This document shows positions 38,177 to 47,468 of a stretch of DNA of 64,000 nucleotides, piece by piece. Both the position numbers and the translations under genes were made by a program. The notes beneath the pieces were generated by a model. It was not told the DNA's origin and did no database searches. It saw only the letters and a program-made list of their open reading frames with translations. The first letter of the stretch is position 1. The number at the start of each line of letters is the position of its first letter. Origin of the DNA: Candidatus Latescibacterota bacterium (lineage in GTDB: Bacteria; Latescibacterota; UBA2968; UBA8231); NCBI GenBank assembly GCA_965206595.1, contig OZ242214.1, forward strand, positions 2,816,001-2,880,000, read 5' to 3'.

Positions 38177-38920
38177 CTATTTGAGCTTGACGATTTCGCG
38201 CTGCGCGGCGCTCAGACGAGCGTCGAGGCCGGCGCTGAAGCGCAGCCCCTGGCCGCCCCAGTCGGGCATGTAACCTGTGCTGTAACAATAATAAAGGGTC
38301 CGTCTCGGACGGCGGGAAGTGTTGACCGTTGAACCGTGCGTGAGGGCTTCGGTGAAAATGATCGCGTCCCCCGCCCTCGCCGGGAGCGGCACCAGGGCCG
38401 GATCCTCCTCCGGGTGCGGGCCCCAGGGCCGCGGGAAGTTCGCCTTGTGGGTGCCCGGCACCACGGCGAAGCAGCCGTCCTCCGGGCCGCTGTCGACGGT
38501 CGGGAACACCGCCTTGGTCAGCGTCGACATCATCTGGCCGTTGTGGCAGCGGTACTGGCACTTCGGATGGATCGGCGTGCCGTGCATGTGCATGTGCGTG
38601 TACCCGCCCCCCCAGCGATAGATCGCGTAGGTGTGGTTGAGGCGCCAGGGCCCGCCGGTGACGGTCTCGACCACGTCGAGGACCTCGGGAAGCTCCATCA
38701 GCGGCTGCATCGCCGCGTCGGCTTCCATGATGTTGGAGAGGTAGAGCTCCTGGTCGGTCTTTTCGGTGCCGAGGACCAGCGGCTCGGGGTACTCCCGCGG
38801 ATCCATCCCCTCGAAGCGGTCGAGCACTTCGTTGGCGGCCGCCACGAAGTCGGGCGGGACCACCTGCTCGAGCAGGATGTAGCCGTTGAGATCGAAAAGG
38901 TAGGTCTGCTCCGCGTTCAT
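38177..38920 (-). CDS. PhyH-family dioxygenase lacking HxD
   Basis: YLFDLNGY, DGCFAVVPGTHK, AGDAIIFTEALTHG, RRTLYY. Confidence 0.82.
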   Translation of the reverse strand: MNAEQTYLFDLNGYILLEQVVPPDFVAAANEVLDRFEGMDPREYPEPLVLGTEKTDQELYLSNIMEADAAMQPLMELPEVLDVVETVTGGPWRLNHTYAIYRWGGGYTHMHMHGTPIHPKCQYRCHNGQMMSTLTKAVFPTVDSGPEDGCFAVVPGTHKANFPRPWGPHPEEDPALVPLPARAGDAIIFTEALTHGSTVNTSRRPRRTLYYCYSTGYMPDWGGQGLRFSAGLDARLSAAQREIVKLK

Positions 38921-38951
38921 TGCCGACTCCCGACTATTCTCTGGTGAAACC

Positions 38952-40301
38952 TCATCCCTCGCTCTCCAGCGCCAAGTCCCGCTCCAGGCCCGCGCCCCAT
39001 GCGAGCAGCTCCTCGTCGCCGCCCATGGGGGCGATGAACTGAATCCCCAGTGGCATTCCCGAGGCGGAGGAACTGCCCGCGGGCAGCCCCAGCACCGGCA
39101 TTCCCGCGTGGGTCCAGGGCAGGTTCATGCTCGGGTCCCCGGTGGTCGCCAGTCCTTTCGGAGCCGGGCCGGTGGCTGCCGGACAGGCCCAGAGGTCGAG
39201 TCCCTCCGCAACCATCAGGGCCTCGAGCTCCTGGCGCAACTCGCCGCGGCCGCGGCGGGCCTTCTCGAGCGCCGCCCGCGACACGCCGCGGCCCTGCTCG
39301 ACCAGGGCCGCGGTGCCCTCGTCGTAGAGGCCGGCGTACTCCTCGAACCAGGGCTCGTGGACCCGGGCCATCTCGGCGACCATCATCTGCCGGTGGCGGT
39401 AGTCGATCTCCTCGATGTCCGCGAACGCCGGCGCCTCTACCACCTCGTACCCAGCGCTTCGCAGGGCTTCCAGCTGGTTTTCGAAATCCTCCCGGGCAGC
39501 CGGCTCGGTCTGGTCGAGATAGGGGCCCTCCGGCACCCCGAGGACCGGCCGGCCCGGGGCGGAAACCGCGGCCCGCCATTCGCCGCAGAGCACCGCGGCA
39601 ACTCGTGCAGCCGTGGCGGCGTCGCGGGTGAAGGTGCCGATGGTGTCGACCGAAGGGGAGCAGTGGATGAACCCGGAGATGTCGATGCGGCCGTAGCTTG
39701 GCTTGAAGCCGGTGATCCCGCAGAACGCCGCCGGCCGGACGATCGAGCCGATGGTCTGCGAGCCGAGCGCCAGCGGGCAGTAGCCGGCGGCCACGGCCGC
39801 GGCCGAGCCGCTGCTGGAGCCTCCGGGACTGTGCCCGAGGTGGTGGGGATTGCGCGTCGCCGCCGGCTTGAAGCAGGCGAACTCGGTCGTCACTGACTTT
39901 CCGAGCACCAGGGCACCCGCGGCCCGCAGCGCCCGGATGCATCCGCCCTCGGGCCCGGCGAGCACCTCCGCGGGCAGCTGCGAGCCGGCGCGGGTCTCGA
40001 ACCCGTCTACGTGGATGATGTCCTTGACCGCGACCAGCATGCCGAACAGCGGCAGGTCGGCGGCGGCTTCCGTCTGCAGCCGGCCCGCCTCCTCGAGCAG
40101 ACGGCCGCGGCGGTCTCCCTCGGGCAGCAGCGCCCGGATGTCGCTGTCGAGCGCCTCGAGGCGGCGGCAGGCCTCATCTATCTCTTCCATCAGGCCCGGC
40201 ATTCCGCCCAAACTCGCCCTGTCCGTGCCCGGTTCTACGCGCCCGTTGGAGTATCCCATCCCTCCTGCCTCCCTGTCATTGCCGCGGGTGTCCATGTCCA
40301 A
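38952..40301 (-). CDS. Amidase signature family protein (start uncertain)
   Basis: VAVKD, GKSVTTEFA, PGGSSSGSAAAVAAG, GSQTIGSIVRPAAFCG. Confidence 0.9.
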   Translation of the reverse strand: MDMDTRGNDREAGGMGYSNGRVEPGTDRASLGGMPGLMEEIDEACRRLEALDSDIRALLPEGDRRGRLLEEAGRLQTEAAADLPLFGMLVAVKDIIHVDGFETRAGSQLPAEVLAGPEGGCIRALRAAGALVLGKSVTTEFACFKPAATRNPHHLGHSPGGSSSGSAAAVAAGYCPLALGSQTIGSIVRPAAFCGITGFKPSYGRIDISGFIHCSPSVDTIGTFTRDAATAARVAAVLCGEWRAAVSAPGRPVLGVPEGPYLDQTEPAAREDFENQLEALRSAGYEVVEAPAFADIEEIDYRHRQMMVAEMARVHEPWFEEYAGLYDEGTAALVEQGRGVSRAALEKARRGRGELRQELEALMVAEGLDLWACPAATGPAPKGLATTGDPSMNLPWTHAGMPVLGLPAGSSSASGMPLGIQFIAPMGGDEELLAWGAGLERDLALESEG

Positions 40302-40584
40302 AGGTCAGTGGGTCCATACATAGTCTCAGCCATGCGCTTCGCCCTGCACAGCTCGCAGAGCCAGGAAGCGGTATCGAATCGAAGCCGGTGCCACAATCCA
40401 AGCAGCGTCGAGATAGTTTGCCGCCGCCTTTGTATCAGGATTCCCAGAAATTGAGCAAAACCGATACGGCGCATATGAACACGAACAGTTCCAAAAGCCA
40501 TTCAAAGCCGACACCGCTACCTGCCGTTCAACAGCGATCCTGAAATCCTGGCCTGTTTCCCGCTTTTGCCGCCAGCCCGCCCCA

Positions 40585-41478
40585 TTACTTCCGGGGGCGC
40601 TTCTTCGCCGCTTTTTTCGGCGGCTTCCAATTGGCGAGGTGGCGCTGCCAGCTCTTCTCCAGCTCCCCCCTGATCGCCTTGACGTCGCGGAAGCGGTCGC
40701 CGAACACCGACAGGTGGTAGCCGCCGGGGATCTGCTCCGGGCAGACGAACAGCTCGCGGCCCGGCGCCGCCGCCTTCAGCCACAGCGCCAGCAGCTGGTC
40801 GGCGAACTCCATGCAGTCGAGGAACTCCGGGGTCAGCTTGCCCCCCGGCCCGAGGGCGGGGATCATGGCGTGGTGCCCGTTGAAGGGGCGGAAGTGGATC
40901 TGGTTGGCGAGCTGCACCAGGTCGGGGCGCTCGATCAGGCGCTTGAAGTAGGGGGGCGACAGGTGCTTGACGACGGCCGGGTGGGAGAAATCCCACGTCA
41001 TCTTCAGCGGCCGCTTCTCCTCCTTCTCGAACCCCTCGGCCAGGGCGTAGGCCTTCTCCGGGGTCTCCGTGCAGGTGTCGCGGTGGACCTCGATCGAGAC
41101 ATCCATGTCGAGCTCGCCGGCGACCCGCATGACCTCGCGGGCGCAGGCGACCGCCTCGGCGGTCCCGGTGTCGTGGTCGAGCATCTGCACGTTGACGACG
41201 CGGGCGTTGTACTTCCCAATCCGCTTGAGCTTGCGCTCAGCCTCCTGCGGCCCGCCCATGTCGGTGGTGCAGGCGAAGACGAGGCCGGACTCGGCGACCA
41301 CCTCGGGCGGGAACATGATGACGCGCCCGAGGAAACCGTCGAAGCCGGCGTTCTTTATGCGCTTCAGCTTCTGGGGAAACGTCCACTCCACCCCCTTGGT
41401 GCCGTAGCCGAGCAGAGTGCCGACCGAGCACATGTGGCGCAGAACCGGGGGCTCGGCCTGCTGTTTCGATTTTGCCAT
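40585..41478 (-). CDS. Sugar-phosphate isomerase/epimerase-like TIM-barrel protein
   Basis: AGFDG, IEVHRD, WDFSH, HFR, PEQ metal-site pattern; start at ATG 41478 after GAAGGAG. Confidence 0.7.
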   Translation of the reverse strand: MAKSKQQAEPPVLRHMCSVGTLLGYGTKGVEWTFPQKLKRIKNAGFDGFLGRVIMFPPEVVAESGLVFACTTDMGGPQEAERKLKRIGKYNARVVNVQMLDHDTGTAEAVACAREVMRVAGELDMDVSIEVHRDTCTETPEKAYALAEGFEKEEKRPLKMTWDFSHPAVVKHLSPPYFKRLIERPDLVQLANQIHFRPFNGHHAMIPALGPGGKLTPEFLDCMEFADQLLALWLKAAAPGRELFVCPEQIPGGYHLSVFGDRFRDVKAIRGELEKSWQRHLANWKPPKKAAKKRPRK

Positions 41479-41612
41479 GAGATCTCCTTCCGTCCGTGAA
41501 GCCGCCGGCGCCGGAAGCTCAAGAAAGGCAGGCGGCCTGGATGGGTGATTGTCCGTTCCGCAGCCGCAACCAGCCGGAGCCGGGAACGGCACTCATGTCA
41601 GGGAAATCTACA

Positions 41613-41690
41613 TCAATGCCGAACGAGCTGATAATCCCGCTCGTACACGAAGTCGTCGTCGCGGTCGGGGTTGTGAAACTCCAAGCAGGT
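41613..41690 (-). repeat. Decayed copy of the 3' end of the tetraheme gene (copy 1)
   Basis: 71/78 identical to 43016-43093; reads TCLEFHNPDRDDDFVYERDYQLVRH*. Confidence 0.88.
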
Positions 41691-41701
41691 CAGTTCGAAC
41701 G

Positions 41702-41780
41702 AAAGGGAATCCCTTTGTCGAGGCTATACCACTGCAAGAGGGGGGGGGGCCTTCGGCGGGAACCAAGGTGGGGGTACAGA
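41702..41780 (-). pseudogene. TlpA paralog remnant abutting the cytochrome 3' remnant
   Basis: Allowing for indels in the homopolymer runs it reads YPTLVPAEG...LLQWYSLDKGIP, versus YPILMPAIGDSTLLGRYGVDKGIP in 45774..46301. Confidence 0.72.
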
Positions 41781-41889
41781 CGAGCCGAGGCGGAGTACCT
41801 GGTTACTTTCATTTCACCTACGGTGCCGGGGGCGTCGTCTCTCAATTACTGTTGCCTGAGAAGGTGAATACGTGATCCCTTCCTGGTAG

Positions 41890-42903
41890 TTAATATGGCC
41901 AACGATGGTAAGCCCTAAACAGATAGGAGTAAGGTCCAGCATCGATTCCGCTGCGACTTTCGGAACCGGTCAAGCTACCTATAGTCTTGAAGGCCTCAGC
42001 AACAGGAGAAGCCATAGCAGAAATGACAGCCCCAGCGAGAGATAACGCAAATGATGCTGGTCTCTTCCATGACTTTCGGGCGCACCTACGAAGGTCATTG
42101 GCAAGGTCGTTCAACTCGTTCTGCCGAATCTCGAAAGCAATCTCTCGTTCCTCTTCCTCCATTCGGGATAGTTCAAATGCGAATTTTCGAATAGACAGCA
42201 TATAGCGTTTGTGTGCTTCAAGATTCTGTTCGCGGAAATCCAGTATTTCATCAAAAGGCACCGATCCGAGATCAACAGAAACAGCATTGAGGTCAAATTC
42301 AACAACGTTTCCGGGAGAAGGTGAAGAATCAGTTTTTATGGACAATAACTCCGATAGCGACCTGACCATTTTTTCCAAGTCAGTTGCCGGGCTAAGGTTA
42401 GCGTTGATGGTGCCTCCGTAAGGTCGCAAGATTTGCGAGAGAAGGACAAGAACGAGTGATCGCACCTTTGGATGCATTGGAATAGAAACACTGTCCTCGC
42501 TATCTTTGGCCAGTCCACGCTCCTTTAATTCCTCGAAAATCATCTCGAAAAGTCTCTCATCTCCATAAGCTCCGAGGCGTGACATCGATATTTCATGAAA
42601 TGCAGTATCTTCTTTCGCGAGATCGTCCAAGACTCCAGAAACGATAATGTCCGTCAAAATACCAGCAAGGTTTTCAGTCGCGTCTTTGTCGATGGCTATC
42701 TCTGGTTCGATAATCTCCAGCAATCCCTGCTCTTTCAAGCCCACGACTACGGGAGCGTCAATTTGCTCTGGGCGATCTCTCATATAATTTGGGACAAGTA
42801 AGGCAATGCCGTCGAAAAAAAGCATGAGATTCTTGACCCAATCTCCATATCTCCACATTGGGTTTGGATAATAGAAAGCTATCTCTCTTTTTTCAGTTTC
42901 CAT
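41890..42903 (-). CDS. Low-GC hypothetical protein (DUF6236-like N-terminus, tentative)
   Basis: 337-aa ORF with RBS; AFYYPN...WVKNLMLFFDGIALLVP; VPFDEILDFRE; visibly AT-richer than its flanks. Confidence 0.65.
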   Translation of the reverse strand: METEKREIAFYYPNPMWRYGDWVKNLMLFFDGIALLVPNYMRDRPEQIDAPVVVGLKEQGLLEIIEPEIAIDKDATENLAGILTDIIVSGVLDDLAKEDTAFHEISMSRLGAYGDERLFEMIFEELKERGLAKDSEDSVSIPMHPKVRSLVLVLLSQILRPYGGTINANLSPATDLEKMVRSLSELLSIKTDSSPSPGNVVEFDLNAVSVDLGSVPFDEILDFREQNLEAHKRYMLSIRKFAFELSRMEEEEREIAFEIRQNELNDLANDLRRCARKSWKRPASFALSLAGAVISAMASPVAEAFKTIGSLTGSESRSGIDAGPYSYLFRAYHRWPY

Positions 42904-43015
42904 CGCTTTCCCTTCTCTTGATTAATTTCTGTTCCGGGATACACTATTCTGACGAAATAGTTTAGCCGGGAATTGTCTGATCCTGGTTGAAACAGCACAG
43001 GCACCCCTCGTTACC

Positions 43016-45382
43016 TCAATGGCTTACGAGCTGATAATCCCGCTCGTACACGAAGTCGTCGTCGTGATCGGGGTTGTGACACTCCAGGCAGGTTCTTTCG
43101 GACGGGAGGCGCCGGACCGTCTCGCTGGAAGGACGCTCGACGTGATTGCTTCCGGGGCCGTGACACAACTCGCACTGCACGTTCGCCAGGCTGCGGTCCG
43201 GTTCGAGAATCGAGAATCCGCTGTCGCGGTTCAGCCCGGCAACGTGGCATTTCACGCACTTGGAAAACTGGTGACGGTGCGCGTCAAGCAGGGTCGTATA
43301 AGCGCCGGCGTGCCGGGTCGTCTGCCACTGCTCCCACTGCGCCGAGTGGCAGGTACGGCACTCCTGCGTCCCCACGTACTTCCTGTCGTCGTGAATGGGA
43401 TCCCACTCGAAGAGCGGCGGGATGTTTCCTTCCAGCAGCTCCTCCTGCTCGGCCACGGACCGGTAGTAGGAATCGAGGTAGGCTTTCATGTCCGGGTCTT
43501 CGCGCATCTGGTACAACGCCAGCAGGTAGTTGCCCTCGAAGGAGGTGAAGCGGCCGGTCTCGTCTATCCCGATGTCGACGGTATGCAGGCCGTACACGTC
43601 GGCGTTCGCGTAGACGACCAGCACGTCGTTAAGAAAGCCGTACATCGATTCAGTCTGCTTCCTTGGATCTACTTGCCCGTCGGCCCCTACCATGTCGAGG
43701 GCGGGAGCGTAGTGCCCCGTAGTGATTATCAGGTCCAGGGCCGGGAACTCCTGCACCAAGTCATGGACGAGGCCGGTATTCAGCTCGCCGATGACCCCGA
43801 CAAAGTCCGCCTCCTCTCTCAATCCGGGCAGGTATGCCCGCACCGCCTTCTTTGGATCGGCGATATGGAGGTCGTGAGTGTTGTCTTCATAACGCGTGGG
43901 TTCGATGATCGCCGTCGGTTGCAGCAGCCCTATGAAACCGATCGTGTACGGCCCCGCCTCGATGGAATACGTCGGCGCCCCTACCAGGGAATCCCCGTGA
44001 TGGACATTGGCGTTTATCAACGGCACGGGACTGTTCCGGGCCTGGATCTGAAGAAACTCGCGGCCGTGGTAGGTCTCGTTTCGCGCGATGACGGAAAAGC
44101 CGTACTCCATCCGCCTCAGCGCCTCCAGGTAAGTCGCCAGTTCGCTTGCCGTCAGGTCATCCATTGCCGGCACGTCCTGTTCGTAGGGAAAGGCGTTGCC
44201 GGCATCGATGACGGCCACGCTCCCGCGCCTCTTTCTGATCTGGTCGATGAGGGTGGCGCGGCGGGTGATGCCGCCCGACATCTCGGACTTGCAGCCGCAT
44301 GCTTCGAGAAAGCTCCTCGTCTTTCCGGTCACGATCAGGGTGATCGTGTCTACCGCGGTTTTCTCGGACCGCGACCATGGCAGTTGTGGCGGTTGATCTC
44401 CGGGGGCAGGACCGTCCGAGTGCCAGAGAGGTTCGGGAGGAACTGACCCAGGGTCGGGGTTGGTGTGCTCGTACAGCGCGGACAGGAGATCGGCGCCGGC
44501 GACCGTCTCTATCGCACTCCCCAGATCGACGCCCTTCCGTTGCCGGTAGGCGAGCTCCAGAACATCCTGCAGATCCTGTTCCCCATCCGTGCTCCTGGAG
44601 ATCTGCCCGTCGAGGTAGTGGGCGAGGGCCAATCCACTGTAACGGACAAGAGACTGATCGCCCTTGCCCTGTGTATAGTAGGTCGTCGGGACAATGCCCT
44701 TGCTGAAGTGGGACAACCGGAATCGGTTGTGATTCCTGTACGCTTCATACAGGTACGGCTCCAGATCGGAAATGATCCCGTGCTCGAGCAGGCCCTGAAG
44801 GCCCAGGTACGTGCTCGCCCCTTCCACGAACCACAAATCGGATGCCTGCGACAGTTCCATGCGGTGGGGGGCGTAGCGCAGCCACCGGTAGGCGATGCGG
44901 GTGGCCACGGAAAGCCATCTCCCCGCGGTGGCCGGCTCCATTTCCATTGCCTGTCCGTGAGACGTGCCCGGCATGTGGATGTTCATGCCATCCGCGGTCT
45001 TGGGGGTCAGAATGACCGTGTACGGTTCCGGGACCGGCGCCTGCATGGTCCTCGTCATGTACTCGTAGAGGCTCCATACCTTGCTGGCCAGCTCCTCCTG
45101 CCGTGGGCTCGCCCACCCGTCGTACAGCACCACCCGCACGGGAGCCTCGCCGATGGTCATCTCACGCGCCGTCAAGGCCCCCATTGCGACCGCGCCGTTG
45201 ATCAGGTCCTCCCTGCCGGTGCCGTACAGGCGCGGCTCGTACGTGCCTGCTTCGCCTTCTACCTCGTTCCAGGTGGTCTCGACCCCCCAACCTTCCGGGG
45301 GCCGGATCGAGACGGTCACGTGCCCGAGCCACCCTTCGGGCACCAGGAACAGGTTGCGACCGGAGACGAGGTGGAAATCCAC
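43016..45382 (-). CDS. M61/gluzincin-like domain + UshA/5'-nucleotidase-like domain (CGC) + tetraheme cytochrome c; probably the 3' part of a frameshifted gene
   Basis: LWFVEGASTY; LEACGC...GGITRRAT, IDAGN, INANV; CRTCH, CVKCH, CELCHGPGS, CLECH. Confidence 0.78.
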   Translation of the reverse strand: MDFHLVSGRNLFLVPEGWLGHVTVSIRPPEGWGVETTWNEVEGEAGTYEPRLYGTGREDLINGAVAMGALTAREMTIGEAPVRVVLYDGWASPRQEELASKVWSLYEYMTRTMQAPVPEPYTVILTPKTADGMNIHMPGTSHGQAMEMEPATAGRWLSVATRIAYRWLRYAPHRMELSQASDLWFVEGASTYLGLQGLLEHGIISDLEPYLYEAYRNHNRFRLSHFSKGIVPTTYYTQGKGDQSLVRYSGLALAHYLDGQISRSTDGEQDLQDVLELAYRQRKGVDLGSAIETVAGADLLSALYEHTNPDPGSVPPEPLWHSDGPAPGDQPPQLPWSRSEKTAVDTITLIVTGKTRSFLEACGCKSEMSGGITRRATLIDQIRKRRGSVAVIDAGNAFPYEQDVPAMDDLTASELATYLEALRRMEYGFSVIARNETYHGREFLQIQARNSPVPLINANVHHGDSLVGAPTYSIEAGPYTIGFIGLLQPTAIIEPTRYEDNTHDLHIADPKKAVRAYLPGLREEADFVGVIGELNTGLVHDLVQEFPALDLIITTGHYAPALDMVGADGQVDPRKQTESMYGFLNDVLVVYANADVYGLHTVDIGIDETGRFTSFEGNYLLALYQMREDPDMKAYLDSYYRSVAEQEELLEGNIPPLFEWDPIHDDRKYVGTQECRTCHSAQWEQWQTTRHAGAYTTLLDAHRHQFSKCVKCHVAGLNRDSGFSILEPDRSLANVQCELCHGPGSNHVERPSSETVRRLPSERTCLECHNPDHDDDFVYERDYQLVSH

Positions 45383-45756
45383 CCGCTGACCATCGTGGGA
45401 TGGCGGCCGTGCCCGCCGCCGACCGGCCGCCCCGGCTGCACCTTGTACTCGACGCGCAACTCGCTGCCCGGCGCGCTCACGCGGTAGGCCGTGCCCGCGG
45501 GCGAGACCCGTTTCGCATGCGGAACAGGCCTGCCTTTGGAGTCGCTGATTTGCAGCCCGGTCAGGCCGATGAACTGCTCGGGCTCAAATGCCTGCAAGGA
45601 CAGGGATTCAGCATCGATTCCATCGATCCGCAACCCGACTGCTATCGACTCAGTATCAGCGGATTCTACCCGGACATCGTACGCGAGCCGCAGGCCCGGG
45701 TCCGAGCAAGCGGAGAAAAGCAAGGCGGCCATCGGGAAAAGGAGATGCAGTGCCAT
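45316..45756 (-). CDS. Lipoprotein N-terminal part of the cytochrome fusion (frameshift near 45380)
   Basis: Lipobox LLFSAC; M61 N-domain-like LRVEYKV; overlaps the next ORF by 67 bp, and that ORF has no export signal. Confidence 0.6.
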   Translation of the reverse strand: MALHLLFPMAALLFSACSDPGLRLAYDVRVESADTESIAVGLRIDGIDAESLSLQAFEPEQFIGLTGLQISDSKGRPVPHAKRVSPAGTAYRVSAPGSELRVEYKVQPGRPVGGGHGRHPTMVSGWISTSSPVATCSWCPKGGSGT

Positions 45757-45773
45757 GCCGGCTTTCTCCCTGC

Positions 45774-46301
45774 TTACCGGGAAGGTCCGAGAAGAGTTTC
45801 GATCACCGCGGACAGGCTGTCCGCCGCGGTCACCACGCCGCGTTGCTCCAAGTGGACTTCGCCGTTCCCGTCCACGAGAACCGACAGAGGAATCCCTTTG
45901 TCAACCCCATATCGACCTAAAAGGGTGGAGTCGCCGATGGCGGGCATCAGGATCGGGTACGGAACTCCGAGGTTCTCGATCCACAACTCCACTGCGAGAC
46001 GGGTTGACGACACCGCTATCCCCCATACCTCCAACCCCCGTTCGTGATACCGGGTGTAAAGATCGTTGAGGATCGGCTGCTCAATCCTACAGGGACCGCA
46101 CCAGGTACCCCAGAAATTGAGAAGCAAGACCTTTCCCTCATGTGCGGAAAGCATGAGGGAATCGCCGGTGATGGTGGCAAGGGTAAAGTCCGGTGCTTTA
46201 TTTGCGGCTGCGGGTGGTTCGGCACCAGGAACACGGAAATCCTGACAAGATGCGCACACGAGGATTGAGAGTACAGACCGGAAGGGGGTGAAACGAGCCA
46301 T
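45774..46301 (-). CDS. TlpA-family thiol-disulfide oxidoreductase (probable lipoprotein)
   Basis: APDFTL, LLNFWGTWCGPCRIEQP, cis-Pro GIP. Confidence 0.9.
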   Translation of the reverse strand: MARFTPFRSVLSILVCASCQDFRVPGAEPPAAANKAPDFTLATITGDSLMLSAHEGKVLLLNFWGTWCGPCRIEQPILNDLYTRYHERGLEVWGIAVSSTRLAVELWIENLGVPYPILMPAIGDSTLLGRYGVDKGIPLSVLVDGNGEVHLEQRGVVTAADSLSAVIETLLGPSR

Positions 46302-46375
46302 GTTCCATTGGCTTTCTCTTGCCACCTTAAACCTTACGGAACTGGCGAAGAAGGGGGATCAGAAAACCAGGAGGG

Positions 46376-47356
46376 TCAGTCCAGCAAAGAAGCCTTGATC
46401 AAGGCCCAGGAATCCGTTTTCACAACGGAGCCGGGATCGCCTGTAGACTCGTCTCCGATCAGGATGCCGTCCATCCATGCATCCGCATCTCCGGGCGTGT
46501 CGTTAAGGGTCAGGCCCGAATAGTCTCCCAAGATGAACAATTCCGCCGCTTCATAATCCCCGCCGCTCGTATCCTGATCATCGAAGTCCCAAACCTCCAA
46601 CTGAAACCCTATGATTTTTCCAGGAAACAGATCCGAAACCACGCTGTTTTCAGGTTCCTTGCGGATCAGCATATCGAAAGGGGTGGCGTAGAATTCAACG
46701 ACCCAGAACACCGGATTCTCCCCCGAAACCGAGCCGCCGCCGTCCCCGTACGGAGGGTAACTCCACCACGGAGAATCACCCCAAGGTTCTAGTAACGGGA
46801 GTGATACATGATTCCCGTCGGCCGGAATCGAGAAGGCGTGGTACCTTTGCGCATTCATATCAAATATCCCCGAGTCGTCGTCCAAACCCCAGATACGGTT
46901 TCTAGGGTCCCATGAAGGAGCCCCATCATGGTCTCCGTCGACTTTGAGGTACATGTGGTCCTGATGGCCACCTAGTGGCCCGCCACGGTGCTCCGAGTCA
47001 GCAGGGCCTACGAAAACATCGTCGCCGAAGATTCCGGCAACATAGAGGCGCGCCGGGTTGCGGCCCCAGCCCAGCCAGATCCTGAAATCCAGGTTCGAGG
47101 GATCGTAAGTTTTGGTGACGGACTCCGACTGAAGAGATTCGAAGAGCGTAAAATCGAGCGCCGTAAAGGACGACTCCCCAATCAATTCACCCCAGTCATC
47201 CACTACTCCATCCTTGAGGTCGATGCCCGTCTCAGCGCTGACTTCGAAAATGGGGTAGATCCTGTCGCCCTGATGTCCGTGCACCGACAAGGGATCGCCC
47301 AAAGTCAATGCCGTTACCAGAAATCCTGTACTCTCCATTAATTTCATTATTCTCAT
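46376..47356 (-). CDS. Secreted acidic HxGDRxYP/SWGRIK-family protein (paralog of 21857..22810)
   Basis: HQGDRIYPI, DGVVDDW, NLDFRIWLGW, DGDHDG, PPYGDGGG, EFYATPFD, WMDGILI, SWALIKASL. Confidence 0.78.
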   Translation of the reverse strand: MRIMKLMESTGFLVTALTLGDPLSVHGHQGDRIYPIFEVSAETGIDLKDGVVDDWGELIGESSFTALDFTLFESLQSESVTKTYDPSNLDFRIWLGWGRNPARLYVAGIFGDDVFVGPADSEHRGGPLGGHQDHMYLKVDGDHDGAPSWDPRNRIWGLDDDSGIFDMNAQRYHAFSIPADGNHVSLPLLEPWGDSPWWSYPPYGDGGGSVSGENPVFWVVEFYATPFDMLIRKEPENSVVSDLFPGKIIGFQLEVWDFDDQDTSGGDYEAAELFILGDYSGLTLNDTPGDADAWMDGILIGDESTGDPGSVVKTDSWALIKASLLD

Positions 47357-47367
47357 CTCCTGTCATA

Positions 47368-47400
47368 CAAAAAAGCAGGGGCAAAACTGCCCCTGCTTTT
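47368..47400 (-). terminator. Intrinsic terminator after the peptide gene
   Basis: Minus strand AAAAGCAGGGGCA-GTTT-TGCCCCTGCTTTTTT. Confidence 0.8.
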
Positions 47401-47468
47401 CCAAGACACCAGTCAGAGAGAGCCAGCGAGAAATCGCTATCCAACCCTGCAGATAAGCCCGCCTTTCT

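Noticed and set aside
40326-40560. Short ORFs between the amidase and TIM-barrel genes
   Set aside because: No motif, RBS or codon-bias support; possibly a remnant but not identifiable.
44285-44305. Selenocysteine in the CGC motif or in the TlpA CxxC
   Set aside because: The ORFs read through as Cys with no in-frame TGA.
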